Assembly: GCA_050250895.1 (NCBI GenBank)
Contig: JBFWNU010000006.1
Span: 151,513 to 215,512 of the forward strand
Direction of reading: 5' to 3'
DNA length: 64,000 nucleotides
Source of the DNA: Vulcanimicrobiota bacterium
GTDB taxonomy: Bacteria > Vulcanimicrobiota > Xenobia > Xenobiales > JADMJV01
The notes below the pieces were generated by a model. It was not told the origin of the DNA, searched no databases, and was given only the letters and a program-made list of their open reading frames with translations. Of this stretch, positions 19,343-29,938 are shown one piece after another (position 1 is the stretch's first letter; each line of letters starts with the position of its first letter). Both the position numbers and the translations under genes were made by a program.

Positions 19343-19953
19343 ACATCGTCTTGGCTAGATTCCAGCAGCCAGACAGGTCCATCGTGAATCCCCGTGAGCT
19401 GTCCCTTCGGGTTCACCGATGAAATGAGACGAAGGCTCGGAAAACCCTCGGGGGAGGAGTGGGCCACCAGGTCCCCCGCCTCCAGTGCTTCCACGTCCAC
19501 TCGGCGGAATTTCCGCTTGGCAACGACCTTTCCGCCTCGCCAGCGACGAAATTCTGCATGGTAGCTGCCGGCTTCTCCGTAGAAAGTCCACAGTTCGTAA
19601 GCCCTCAGTCGGTAGTCGCCGTGCCCCAAGACTCGGGCGAAAATCTCTCGCGGGATGAGCGCAGGTCCACAGCGGATGATAGATAGCGATGGGGAACTTC
19701 CACAGGAAGCGAAGAGGACGACATCTCGCTCCCCGTCGTTGTCGACGTCGACCACTTCGAAATCTCTGATCGTCCCCAGAAGAGACTTATGGAACAAGAT
19801 CCGGTCGCTGGTGGGATCGACTATCCGGACAGCCAGATGTCCAAAATCCAGCTGCTCGAGACGCAACGCCTGGTGCTCGTTGACCATCACCTGTGAAGGA
19901 CCAGCCTGGGCCAAGCTGACAGTAACGAGAAGGAGCAGACCAATGGCTTTCAT
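19339..19953 (-). CDS. Hypothetical secreted protein with an FG-GAP/VCBS-like DxDxDG motif
   Basis: Signal peptide MKAIGLLLLVTVSLAQA; DVDNDGERDVV. Confidence 0.65.
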   Translation of the reverse strand: MKAIGLLLLVTVSLAQAGPSQVMVNEHQALRLEQLDFGHLAVRIVDPTSDRILFHKSLLGTIRDFEVVDVDNDGERDVVLFASCGSSPSLSIIRCGPALIPREIFARVLGHGDYRLRAYELWTFYGEAGSYHAEFRRWRGGKVVAKRKFRRVDVEALEAGDLVAHSSPEGFPSLRLISSVNPKGQLTGIHDGPVWLLESSQDDV

Positions 19954-20048
19954 CAACCTGCCTGGATTCACTCGGCCATACTTCACCTACCTGGGTTGGC
20001 CGCCCAAGCCAGGTCGTCCTGTCGTGGTAAGAGACGTGGCAACCCCCA

Positions 20049-21236
20049 TCACCCCGAGCTTGACCTGGGGCGCCGGCCTTGCAGAGCCGAGTCTCGGGCG
20101 GCCTTCCACTGGGGTCGATTCGCAAAGTCTTTATCGTGCTCGTTGGCGTGACAACCCGGACACAACAGCTCTAAGTCTTCCAACCGATGCTGACGGGTCT
20201 CGGACCAGGCCCGAACATGGTGGATCACCAGGTTTCCGGCTGGGCACGAACATCGTTCACAGCGGCCGAAGGCCCTGGCATATACCGCCCGTACCAAACC
20301 CACCGGTAGGCCCGGCCGGCCCTTCGATGGATTCGGCAGTAGCGGCAACTGTTCGGCCTGGGTACTTCCAGCTGGAAGTTCGGGTTGGGGACAAGCCACC
20401 ACGATCCCGGTTTGCTTCATGGCCTCGTCCACGGCCGCCCGCTTGGCTGGCAACAGTCCATGGTCGGTATCATAGAAGCCTTCGCCCGTGACACCGTTCA
20501 CGTGCACGATGACCTGGTGACGCACCTTGCTGCGGTTGTCTGCCGAGGCGAGCAGAGAACGACTCATCTCGGCCACGGCCGTCTCCTTGCTGACGCGTTT
20601 GCCCTGACGTGCCTCGATCATTCTCTTGGCCTGCTCATAGATGGCATACTGCTCGGGGGTCAGCAGTAGAACGACCTGTCTCAACTTCGGAACCTCCGGA
20701 ACGGCGGGCGACGATGGCTTCTGAACTGCCTCCGTGGGCTGCTCGTCAAACGCCAACTCGGGCTGACTCTGGCGAGTGTCGAGCGAGGCTTTCAAGGCCT
20801 GGCCACGCTTATGTTGGGTGGGAGTTAGTGCCACGGCGCGTTCGACCGCCTGGGCTTTGTTCTTGAGGGCAAACTCGAGCATTGCGGCCTCGTTCTCAGG
20901 GGTGGTGATCCGCTTGAGAGCGCGGGCTTTGCTCCAGCAGAGCCTCCCGTCGCGAAAGGCTTCTGAGAGGAGTGGCAGTTGCTCGAATACCCGGGCTAAA
21001 CTGAGGAGTTCACCGGCCTTTTGGGGATGCAGATTGAGGTGACGAATCGCGTAGCCGACTGTGCTGCCACAGCCCGTCCGGCGATAGAGACCGCTTCGCT
21101 CGGTGGCCAGCAGATGAGCGGCCAGTTCCCATTCACAGCCAAAGGAGCGCTGGCTGGCCTGGCGGTTTCGTTGATGGAGTTCTTGGTGAGAGAGTCGTTG
21201 CAGTGAGTGGGAAAGTTCCGAGAGAGTTGAAGACAT
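20049..21236 (-). CDS. DUF222-like N-domain plus C-terminal HNH endonuclease
   Basis: GGAGG SD; LPLLSEAFRDGRLCWSKAR; C-terminal RCERC...IHHVRAW...LELLCPGCHANEH. Confidence 0.85.
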   Translation of the reverse strand: MSSTLSELSHSLQRLSHQELHQRNRQASQRSFGCEWELAAHLLATERSGLYRRTGCGSTVGYAIRHLNLHPQKAGELLSLARVFEQLPLLSEAFRDGRLCWSKARALKRITTPENEAAMLEFALKNKAQAVERAVALTPTQHKRGQALKASLDTRQSQPELAFDEQPTEAVQKPSSPAVPEVPKLRQVVLLLTPEQYAIYEQAKRMIEARQGKRVSKETAVAEMSRSLLASADNRSKVRHQVIVHVNGVTGEGFYDTDHGLLPAKRAAVDEAMKQTGIVVACPQPELPAGSTQAEQLPLLPNPSKGRPGLPVGLVRAVYARAFGRCERCSCPAGNLVIHHVRAWSETRQHRLEDLELLCPGCHANEHDKDFANRPQWKAARDSALQGRRPRSSSG

Positions 21237-21276
21237 AGCCGACCTCCGAGTAGAAGAAGAATCAAGGAATGATCCT

Positions 21277-21305
21277 ATTTTACTCAAGATGACAGCCCGA
21301 GGCAA
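21277..21305 (-). promoter_or_regulatory. Sigma70-type promoter of the HNH gene
   Basis: TTGCCT-N17-TAAAAT on the minus strand, about 40 nt upstream of the ATG. Confidence 0.6.
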
Positions 21306-21545
21306 CGCGTTGGAATGGCTTGGTTATGGGTTTGGGTTCGCGTTCAGCTGGTGGCCGCGAGAACGGGTTGCGAGGAAAAAATGACTTCCGTCGAGCATTT
21401 CCGCGCGAGGATGGCTGATGCGCCTCCAAGGACTCTTAGCAGCCACGCTTAGGGGTGAACTCTCGTCAGGACGAACTCTCGGGATGCAAATGTTAGGATA
21501 TCACAATATTTCGCGCTGATTGGTCGGCCGGAGTCTTCGCGCCCG

Positions 21546-21968
21546 CCTCCCGCTCGCCGGCGGCCGACCGCCGGTCCAAGCCACCGGTCTCGGCGAGCGG
21601 CGACTTCCAGCTGGAAGTTCTTGGAATGCGAGAGCGCCCAGGTCGGGACGAGGGCCCGCCGCGCGAACCCGAGATAGGCGGGTTGGATCTTCACGCCCGC
21701 TAGATAACCCCTCCCCCCCGAGAGCGCGGCCGTCCGCGGTCCAAGCCACCGGTCTCGGCGAGCGGCGACTTCCAGTTGGAAGTTCTTGGGATGCGAGAGC
21801 GCCCAGGTCGGGACGGAGGCCCGCCGCGCGAACCCGAGATAGGCGGGTTGGATCTTCACGCCCGCTAGATAACCCCTCCCGCCCGGCGGCGCGGCCGACG
21901 GCCGGTCCAAGCCACCGGTCTCGGCGAGCGGCGACTTCCAGCTGGAAGTTCTTGGAATGCGAGAGCGC
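21546..21968. repeat. Tandem repeat array of about 2.5 copies of a 165/166-bp unit, each with the palindrome ACTTCCAGCTGGAAGT
   Basis: GGTCCAAGCCACCGGTCTCGGCGAGCGGCGACTTCCAG starts at 21573, 21738 and 21904. Palindromes at 21603-21618, 21768-21783 (one C>T change) and 21934-21949. Confidence 0.95.
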
Positions 21969-22024
21969 GGACCCGGCGAGTAAGAGAGGGGTTTGACCCT
22001 CGGCCCGGAGAAGCCGTACTTGCT

Positions 22025-22693
22025 TTGAGTTATCGGCTTTACCTGGCGCTTGGCGACAGTATGAGCATCGACGACTTCGCCGGCCCGGGACTGGGGGCGG
22101 CCTCGTTGCTCTACGCGAACGATGACCGCTATCCCGAGTTTGCCGGTCGCGACCTGCGTTCGACTTGTCCGGACTGCCGATTTGTCTCGTTAGCTCGTAA
22201 CGGCTTTCGCACCCGCCAGATTCTCAAGTCGCTGGACCACGCTCCAGCCGAGTCCGGCCCTACCCTCGTGACCCTCACGGCTGGGGGCAACGATCTGCTG
22301 GCGGCGGCCGGTTCACGTCAATTTCCCGACCCGTGGCTAGAGCACTTTGTAGCCGACTACGATGAACTACTTCTGGCCATCAAAGCCAGATATTCCGACC
22401 TGACCTTGCTGGGCGGGAATATCTACGACCCTACTGATGGGACAGGATTTGTCCAGAGCGGTCATGATGACTGGGCTCACCTGTTTGCCTTCCTGGCCGA
22501 TGTCAATGCTCGCATCTTCGAGCGCCTGAAACTGGCCGGGGCCGTCCCGGTGGATATCCACTCGACCTTTTTCGGTAGAGCCACCGCGGAGGTCGAGCCC
22601 CTGATCTTCTACAACATCGAACCGACGAAACTCGGCTCCTCAGAGATCCGGCGCCTTTTCTGGCAGGCCACCGGGCTGGGCGAGACCGGCTAG
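22025..22693 (+). CDS. SGNH/GDSL hydrolase
   Basis: LALGDSMS, TAGGND, NIYDP. The C-terminal DxxH appears degenerate (NIEP). Confidence 0.85.
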   Translation: MSYRLYLALGDSMSIDDFAGPGLGAASLLYANDDRYPEFAGRDLRSTCPDCRFVSLARNGFRTRQILKSLDHAPAESGPTLVTLTAGGNDLLAAAGSRQFPDPWLEHFVADYDELLLAIKARYSDLTLLGGNIYDPTDGTGFVQSGHDDWAHLFAFLADVNARIFERLKLAGAVPVDIHSTFFGRATAEVEPLIFYNIEPTKLGSSEIRRLFWQATGLGETG

Positions 22694-23508
22694 AGGCCGA
22701 GCCAGCGGCGGACTTCGGCGGCGCTGGACGGGCGGCCGTCGGGGTGCAGGCTAAGCAGACGCTGGATCACCGCCCAGGTGGTGTCGGTGACGGTGGGGTT
22801 CACGGCTCGAGGGTCGTGCAGGCCCGAGTTGTTCTGCCGCTTGAAGGCCGGTGGGGGAGGGACCTTGGTGAGCAAGAACAGCATGGTGGCGCCCAGGGCG
22901 TAGAGGTCCGAGCGTTGGTCGGTGCGCGAGTTGCCATACTGCTCGAGGGGGGCGTATTCGGGGGTGCCAACTCCTTTCACGATCGGCTGGGTGCCGATGC
23001 GAGGGTCAGACTGCTTGGCGATGCCGAAGTCGATGAGGCGCAGCTTGCGATCCTGCGCGCTCAACATGATGTTGTCGGGCTTGAGGTCGCGCACGATCAC
23101 CGGAGGCGTTTGGCCGTGGAGGTATTCGAGCACGTCGCAGAGTTCGCCGACCCAGGTCAGCACGCGCCGCTCGGCGATGTTCTTGGGCGCTAGCTCGACG
23201 ATCTTCGAGAGAGTGCGGCCCTCGATGTACTCCATCACCAGGTAGTGGTTGCCGCGTTCGATGAAGTAGTCGCTGACGGTGGCCAGGTTGGGGTGGTCGA
23301 GCGAGGCCAGGATCTGGGCCTCGGCTTCGAACTGCTCTTCAAACTGGCGCTGCTTGTAGAGATTTTCGGTGATGCGGATCAGTTCTTTGAGGGCCAGATA
23401 GCGGCGCAGGCGAACGTGGGTTACTTGATAGACGTTGCCCATGCCGCCCTGACCGAGCACACGTTCGATGCGGTAGCGTTTTTGCAGGATGGTCCCGGTG
23501 GCCAGCAC
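22690..23508 (-). CDS. Hanks-type Ser/Thr protein kinase
   Basis: LGQGGMGNVY, ALKE, VRDLKPDN, DFG, GTPEYAPLEQ. The start codon is uncertain (GTG 23508 preferred). Confidence 0.92.
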   Translation of the reverse strand: MLATGTILQKRYRIERVLGQGGMGNVYQVTHVRLRRYLALKELIRITENLYKQRQFEEQFEAEAQILASLDHPNLATVSDYFIERGNHYLVMEYIEGRTLSKIVELAPKNIAERRVLTWVGELCDVLEYLHGQTPPVIVRDLKPDNIMLSAQDRKLRLIDFGIAKQSDPRIGTQPIVKGVGTPEYAPLEQYGNSRTDQRSDLYALGATMLFLLTKVPPPPAFKRQNNSGLHDPRAVNPTVTDTTWAVIQRLLSLHPDGRPSSAAEVRRWLGL

Positions 23509-23623
23509 CCGGGACTGTTCGGCGGCCCTGCCAAGCTGCCTGCGACCTGTTAACAGTTTCGTTAAAACCTGAGCGAGCCGTTGAGAATAGAGTAAGGCGA
23601 ATCTTTGGAAAGGCCCTAGCCCC

Positions 23624-25357
23624 GTGACCATCACCCCCCAAACGGTCTCGCATCTAGCCTGCGGCGGACATACCCATGCCAAGCCGAAGGCCGAACAGCC
23701 CGAACAGCTCTCGGCTCCCGAGAAGGCCTGGCGGGTTCAGCAAATTCGCCATGAAGACAAGGTCGAGTTGCTTTCGGTAGAGCCCACCACGGTAGAAATC
23801 AAGAAGTCGGAAGTCATGCTGCGCTCGGTCCCGACGCTTTTAGGGGAAGACTCGGGCACCAGTCAGGACACCTTCGAGGAACTCTATGTGGCCGACTCGA
23901 TGCTGACCGCCGAGCAGCGCGAGGCCTACGCCCAGACCAGGATGTTCAAGGCGGCCAACAGCTGGCCCGGGTCTGAGGTTCGCACTCTGGTCAGCCAGGG
24001 CCCGTCCGCGAATCGCATCGACCTGACCATCGTGGGCGATGGCTACACCGAGGCCGAAAAGTGCAGGTTCTTCGAAGACGCCAAGCGCCTTACCGACGAC
24101 ATGTTCGTGGGTCAGACCTTCGCCAGCTATCTGCCGCTGTTCAATGTGCATGCGGTGTTCGTCCCCTCCAATCAGTCGGGGCTCACTGACGTAGAGGAAA
24201 AGGACACCGCCCTGGGCCTGTATCGATCGCCTGAGGGCTCCAAGCGCGGCATCATGCCGGGCAACTACCGGGCCACCGAGCGGGCCGTCAACCTGGCCCC
24301 TGACACCGACTATCCGATCCTGGTGGCCAATGACGATTTCTATGGTGGTCTGGGCGGACGCTACGCGATCACTACCCGCTCTCACAACAGCGGTACCATG
24401 GTGTTGCGCCACGAGCTGGGACATAACTTCGGCAATGTCGGGGAAGAGTACGACGGTGGCCAGGTCTATTCGGGAGCCAACCACTCCTACGATTCCGACG
24501 TTCCGTGGGATCATTGGCTCAACTCTGAACTCAAGGTCGAGAGCGCCCAGTGTCTGGCTACCAGTTATCCCTGGAAGAATCTGGCTGAGGGACCGGTGCA
24601 GGTCAATCTCAATGTGCCCGAAGGTGACCAGAAGGGTCCCAAGCAGATCGGCATCGACATCAGCTCGGTCGGATGGGAAACCAAAGACGACGTCAAGATT
24701 CTCATCGACGGCGAAGAGCAGACTTACGAAGGTGTCTACACCAACGACCGCAGTTTCTTCCGGCTCACCGAAGCCAAGGACCTCTCGCCCGGTCGCCATG
24801 TGCTCGAGATTCGTCAGAACATCGAAGATGGCGACAACGTGCTGGCTGCCGTTCGCGTCAACGCCTATCCCGCCGACTATGACTTCTCTCCCGACAAAGT
24901 GGGAGCTTTTCCTAGCTTCAACTACGCCGGCCGCCACGTAGGCTATCGACCCACCCACGAGTCGTGCCTGATGCGCAACATGCGCTCGACCAAGTTCTGC
25001 GAGATCGACCAGGAGAATATGTGGCACCAGTTCCTCAAGCGCGTCGATCTGATCGACGACATCAAGATTACCACCCTCAAAGGCAAAGACGGCGAGGAAA
25101 TGCGCCAGGTGAAGCTGGAAACGCCCAACCTCGAGGGACTGACCGTCAAGTGGTACGGCTGGATGGTGCCAGAGCATGACCCCGACCAGCCGCCGCCGCC
25201 TCCGGTCGAGGTCGAACTCGAACAGTTGCGTGGTCAGACCACCTGGATCGCAGACCCGGCTGACCGGGGCGAATATCGGGTCGAAGTCAGCTTCGCCAGC
25301 GACGAGGTTCGCAGCTACAGCGACCGCTTCCATACCACCCGCACGGTGACTGTCTAG
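23624..25357 (+). CDS. M64 family (IgA peptidase-like) metallopeptidase
   Basis: NRIDLTIVGDGYT, HELGHNFGNVGEEY, YRPTHESCLMR..FC. Confidence 0.88.
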   Translation: MTITPQTVSHLACGGHTHAKPKAEQPEQLSAPEKAWRVQQIRHEDKVELLSVEPTTVEIKKSEVMLRSVPTLLGEDSGTSQDTFEELYVADSMLTAEQREAYAQTRMFKAANSWPGSEVRTLVSQGPSANRIDLTIVGDGYTEAEKCRFFEDAKRLTDDMFVGQTFASYLPLFNVHAVFVPSNQSGLTDVEEKDTALGLYRSPEGSKRGIMPGNYRATERAVNLAPDTDYPILVANDDFYGGLGGRYAITTRSHNSGTMVLRHELGHNFGNVGEEYDGGQVYSGANHSYDSDVPWDHWLNSELKVESAQCLATSYPWKNLAEGPVQVNLNVPEGDQKGPKQIGIDISSVGWETKDDVKILIDGEEQTYEGVYTNDRSFFRLTEAKDLSPGRHVLEIRQNIEDGDNVLAAVRVNAYPADYDFSPDKVGAFPSFNYAGRHVGYRPTHESCLMRNMRSTKFCEIDQENMWHQFLKRVDLIDDIKITTLKGKDGEEMRQVKLETPNLEGLTVKWYGWMVPEHDPDQPPPPPVEVELEQLRGQTTWIADPADRGEYRVEVSFASDEVRSYSDRFHTTRTVTV

Positions 25358-25409
25358 GAAAGTGTCGTCCATCACTGACCATAGCGACCAGGCTGACTAC
25401 AATGGACCC

Positions 25410-25826
25410 ATGGTTCGCTGGTTAGAGAATAGCCTCTGGGGGGTCGGTCGACTGCGCGAGGCGGTCGAACAGGGGCGGGCTCCCGAGGCTTTGCGACTGC
25501 TGCGCTCAGGGGTGCCGGTTCGAGATACCTGGGGCTCGCTCTTTCACGCCGTCGAGCAGGGCAACGTCGAGTTGTGTCACTGTCTGCTCAATAACGGCGC
25601 CGATCCCGATGCTCTCGACGGTCAGGGTAATCTGCCCCTGCACCATGCCATTCGCAACGGCAACGAGAACCTGGCCGAGTTGCTGCTCTGCTACACCACC
25701 GAGGTGTCGCGGGCCAACCTCCACAGCGAGACTCCGCTGTCGCTGGCCGTGCGTTATGACCGGCATCAAGTGGTGGATCATCTCGACCAGATGCTGGGCG
25801 AAAGGGTAGAACGGGAAGCCGTCTAA
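25410..25826 (+). CDS. Ankyrin repeat protein
   Basis: GNLPLHHA, ETPLSLAV, LLNNGADPD; leaderless TACAAT-N6-ATG start. Confidence 0.85.
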   Translation: MVRWLENSLWGVGRLREAVEQGRAPEALRLLRSGVPVRDTWGSLFHAVEQGNVELCHCLLNNGADPDALDGQGNLPLHHAIRNGNENLAELLLCYTTEVSRANLHSETPLSLAVRYDRHQVVDHLDQMLGERVEREAV

Positions 25827-25836
25827 CTTCCTGGGC

Positions 25837-27669
<1,833 letters not shown>

Positions 27670-27689
27670 CCGCGCACGAAGTAGTCGCG

Positions 27690-28463
27690 ATGGATGATCC
27701 TCTGATGGCCCTGGCGGTCGCGCCAGGATTTCTCTTGATGCTCTACTTCTATAAACGGGACACCCACGAGCCCGAGCCTCAAGAGAAAGTGGCTCAAATG
27801 ATGGGCTGGGGAGCTCTGTGCGTCATTCCGGCCCTGATTCTGGAACTGACTGCTCCGGCCATCTTTCCCCTGGTCACCGGTGACAATCTCTTCTCGATCG
27901 CCCTCAACGCCTATCTGGTGGTGGCGCTGGCCGAGGAGTTCTGCAAGTTCATGGCCGTGAAGAAGAAGATCTACGACGACCCCGAACTCGATGAGCCCTA
28001 TGACGGAGTGGTCTATTGCGTGGCCACCTCGCTGGGCTTTGCTATCGTCGAGAACGTGCTTTACGTGTTCTCGGGTGGCTTCGGCGTGGGGATCTTGCGG
28101 GCTTTGATGGCCGTGCCCGCCCACGCCTTGTTCGCGGTGTTCATGGGCTATTATGTCGGCAAATCCAAGTTCGTTGAAGACCCGGGCTTGCGCACCCGCT
28201 ATCTGGCCACCGGGTTGCTGGTGGCGGTGGCCAGTCACGGCACCTACGACTTCGTCCTTTTTACCAACATCCCGGCGCTGCAATTGACCGTTTTTCCGCT
28301 GCTGGGTCTGTTTTGGGCGGTGGCTCTGTGGAAGGTGCGCAAAGCGGTGGCGGTGTCGCCCTTTGCGCCTGAGAATCAGGCCAGTGTGGTGGTGGCGCCG
28401 GTGCTTGCGGCACCACCCGCCGAATGGAGCGACCTGGCCGTTCCCGAGACCGAGGAAAGCTAG
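27690..28463 (+). CDS. PrsW family intramembrane glutamic protease
   Basis: EEFCK, GFAIVEN, PAHA, HGTYD. Confidence 0.9.
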   Translation: MDDPLMALAVAPGFLLMLYFYKRDTHEPEPQEKVAQMMGWGALCVIPALILELTAPAIFPLVTGDNLFSIALNAYLVVALAEEFCKFMAVKKKIYDDPELDEPYDGVVYCVATSLGFAIVENVLYVFSGGFGVGILRALMAVPAHALFAVFMGYYVGKSKFVEDPGLRTRYLATGLLVAVASHGTYDFVLFTNIPALQLTVFPLLGLFWAVALWKVRKAVAVSPFAPENQASVVVAPVLAAPPAEWSDLAVPETEES

Positions 28464-28495
28464 TATTTCTATATTGATTGGACTATAATAAGCCC

Positions 28496-29938
28496 GTGAC
28501 ATTTCAAGACAACGCCATGGTGCTGCTGCTCGACTCTCGACGCGCCCGCCGTGGTCTGGACCGCTACCTGCTCGCTTCGATCTTGTTTTCTTTGCTGGCG
28601 GGCGTCGGCCTGTCTGTTGTTCTGTCGCCCTTGACCGGCGTGGCCGTGGCCGGCATCTGTCTGCTGGCCCTGTTCCCGTTCTTCCGGGCTCAGGCCGACG
28701 CCTCGGCCATCGTCTCGTTTCGCAACGGGGGCGGAATGGAAGACATCCGCCAGACCAAACTGTCGCCCTGGGACATGCTCGACGGTACCACCTATCACAC
28801 CATGCACAAGATTCTCTACCCGGGCTTGAGCATGGGGGTCATCATGGTATGCCTGACGGTCGCCCTTTCGCCCAACAGCTTCGTGCTGTGGAGCGCCATG
28901 CCCCTGGCCCTGGCCTTCTTCCCGGCCATGGTGTTGGTGGTCTGGGCGCAGGCCTATTTCGCCCAGATGATGGCCGCCTGGACCCTCGACAACGAGGCAA
29001 CCACTCTGCAGTTCACGGCCGTCTCGACGGTCATTTTGCCGGTGGTCCTGGCCTTCCCCCTGGCCTTGTCGAACTTCTCCAACGGTCGCGCCCTGGCGGG
29101 CGCGCTGGTGCTGATCCTCAGCACCTTCTGGGTGGCTTGTCTGTCGCGCCTGTTCGCCGGCTTCGGCTTGTCGCGCGGCGATCAGGTGCATCGGGTCTTC
29201 AACAAGGTTCGCCAGGAAATGCTCACCCGCAACGAGACCATCAAACCGTGGAACGACAATCCGATCGTCATGCGCGAGTGCGCGCGTGACGCCGGGCGAG
29301 TGGGCGGCGGGGCCGCTGGCGCCTGGGCCCACTACAACTGGATGGCGGTTTTGCTGGCAGTGGTGCCGACCTGTGTGCTGATGTCGGTCAGAGCCGAGAC
29401 CACCGACACGGTCTTGTTGAGCGAGTGGACCTGGGTTCTCTGCTTCTGCGTCTATTACATCTTGCAGCCGGCCCGGGCCGCCTCGCGCATCAGCGGAGCC
29501 ATGACCGAAGAGCGCGAGCGGCGTACCCTAGAGTCGTTGGCGGTCACACCGATGACCATCCAGGAGTTTGTCGACGGTTGGGCCGAGGTCGGCTGGTTCC
29601 ACCGCATTCGTGAGAACCGGCTGGCCGCGCCGGCCTTTCTGTTGATGGCCTGGCTGTGCGGGTTCCCCGTGACGCTGGCCATCGCGCTGATGCCGCTGTT
29701 GTTCATCAACTCGATCATGGGCAGCTATCTCGGGTTCGCCATCGGGGTCCTGGCCCCCAACCGCCAGGAGTCGGGAGGCGATGTGGCCGTCTTCTTGACC
29801 CTGGGCGTCAGCCTGGCTATCGCCGCTGGATTTATCTACAACGGATACACCTGGCTGGCGGCTTTGCTGTGGCTCTACGGTATCAGCTTTCTGTGCCTCT
29901 ATCTCGCTCGCAGCCTGGGTGTGCGCTCGGTCAGCTAG
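28496..29938 (+). CDS. Polytopic membrane protein with two ABC-2-permease-like repeats
   Basis: Many TM segments; AIVSFRNGGGMEDIRQTKLSPWDMLDG and AMTEERERRTLESLAVTPMTIQEFVDG; TATAAT-N6-GTG start. Confidence 0.7.
   Translation: MTFQDNAMVLLLDSRRARRGLDRYLLASILFSLLAGVGLSVVLSPLTGVAVAGICLLALFPFFRAQADASAIVSFRNGGGMEDIRQTKLSPWDMLDGTTYHTMHKILYPGLSMGVIMVCLTVALSPNSFVLWSAMPLALAFFPAMVLVVWAQAYFAQMMAAWTLDNEATTLQFTAVSTVILPVVLAFPLALSNFSNGRALAGALVLILSTFWVACLSRLFAGFGLSRGDQVHRVFNKVRQEMLTRNETIKPWNDNPIVMRECARDAGRVGGGAAGAWAHYNWMAVLLAVVPTCVLMSVRAETTDTVLLSEWTWVLCFCVYYILQPARAASRISGAMTEERERRTLESLAVTPMTIQEFVDGWAEVGWFHRIRENRLAAPAFLLMAWLCGFPVTLAIALMPLLFINSIMGSYLGFAIGVLAPNRQESGGDVAVFLTLGVSLAIAAGFIYNGYTWLAALLWLYGISFLCLYLARSLGVRSVS

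Noticed and set aside
20049-21236. IscB/Cas9-like RNA-guided nuclease
   Set aside because: No PLMP or split RuvC motifs are recognisable, and the HNH domain is at the extreme C-terminus behind a DUF222-like region.
21546-21968. CRISPR array
   Set aside because: The conserved part is ~137 bp rather than 23-50 bp, the linkers are related to each other, there are only ~2.5 units, and no cas genes are present.
21449-21996. ORFs of 82-158 aa across the repeat array
   Set aside because: They are by-products of the GC-rich repeat; the 166-bp period breaks the frame and no SD is visible.
23550-23565. CtrA-type TTAA-N7-TTAA box
   Set aside because: The spacing is 8 nt, and nothing else suggests an alphaproteobacterial host.
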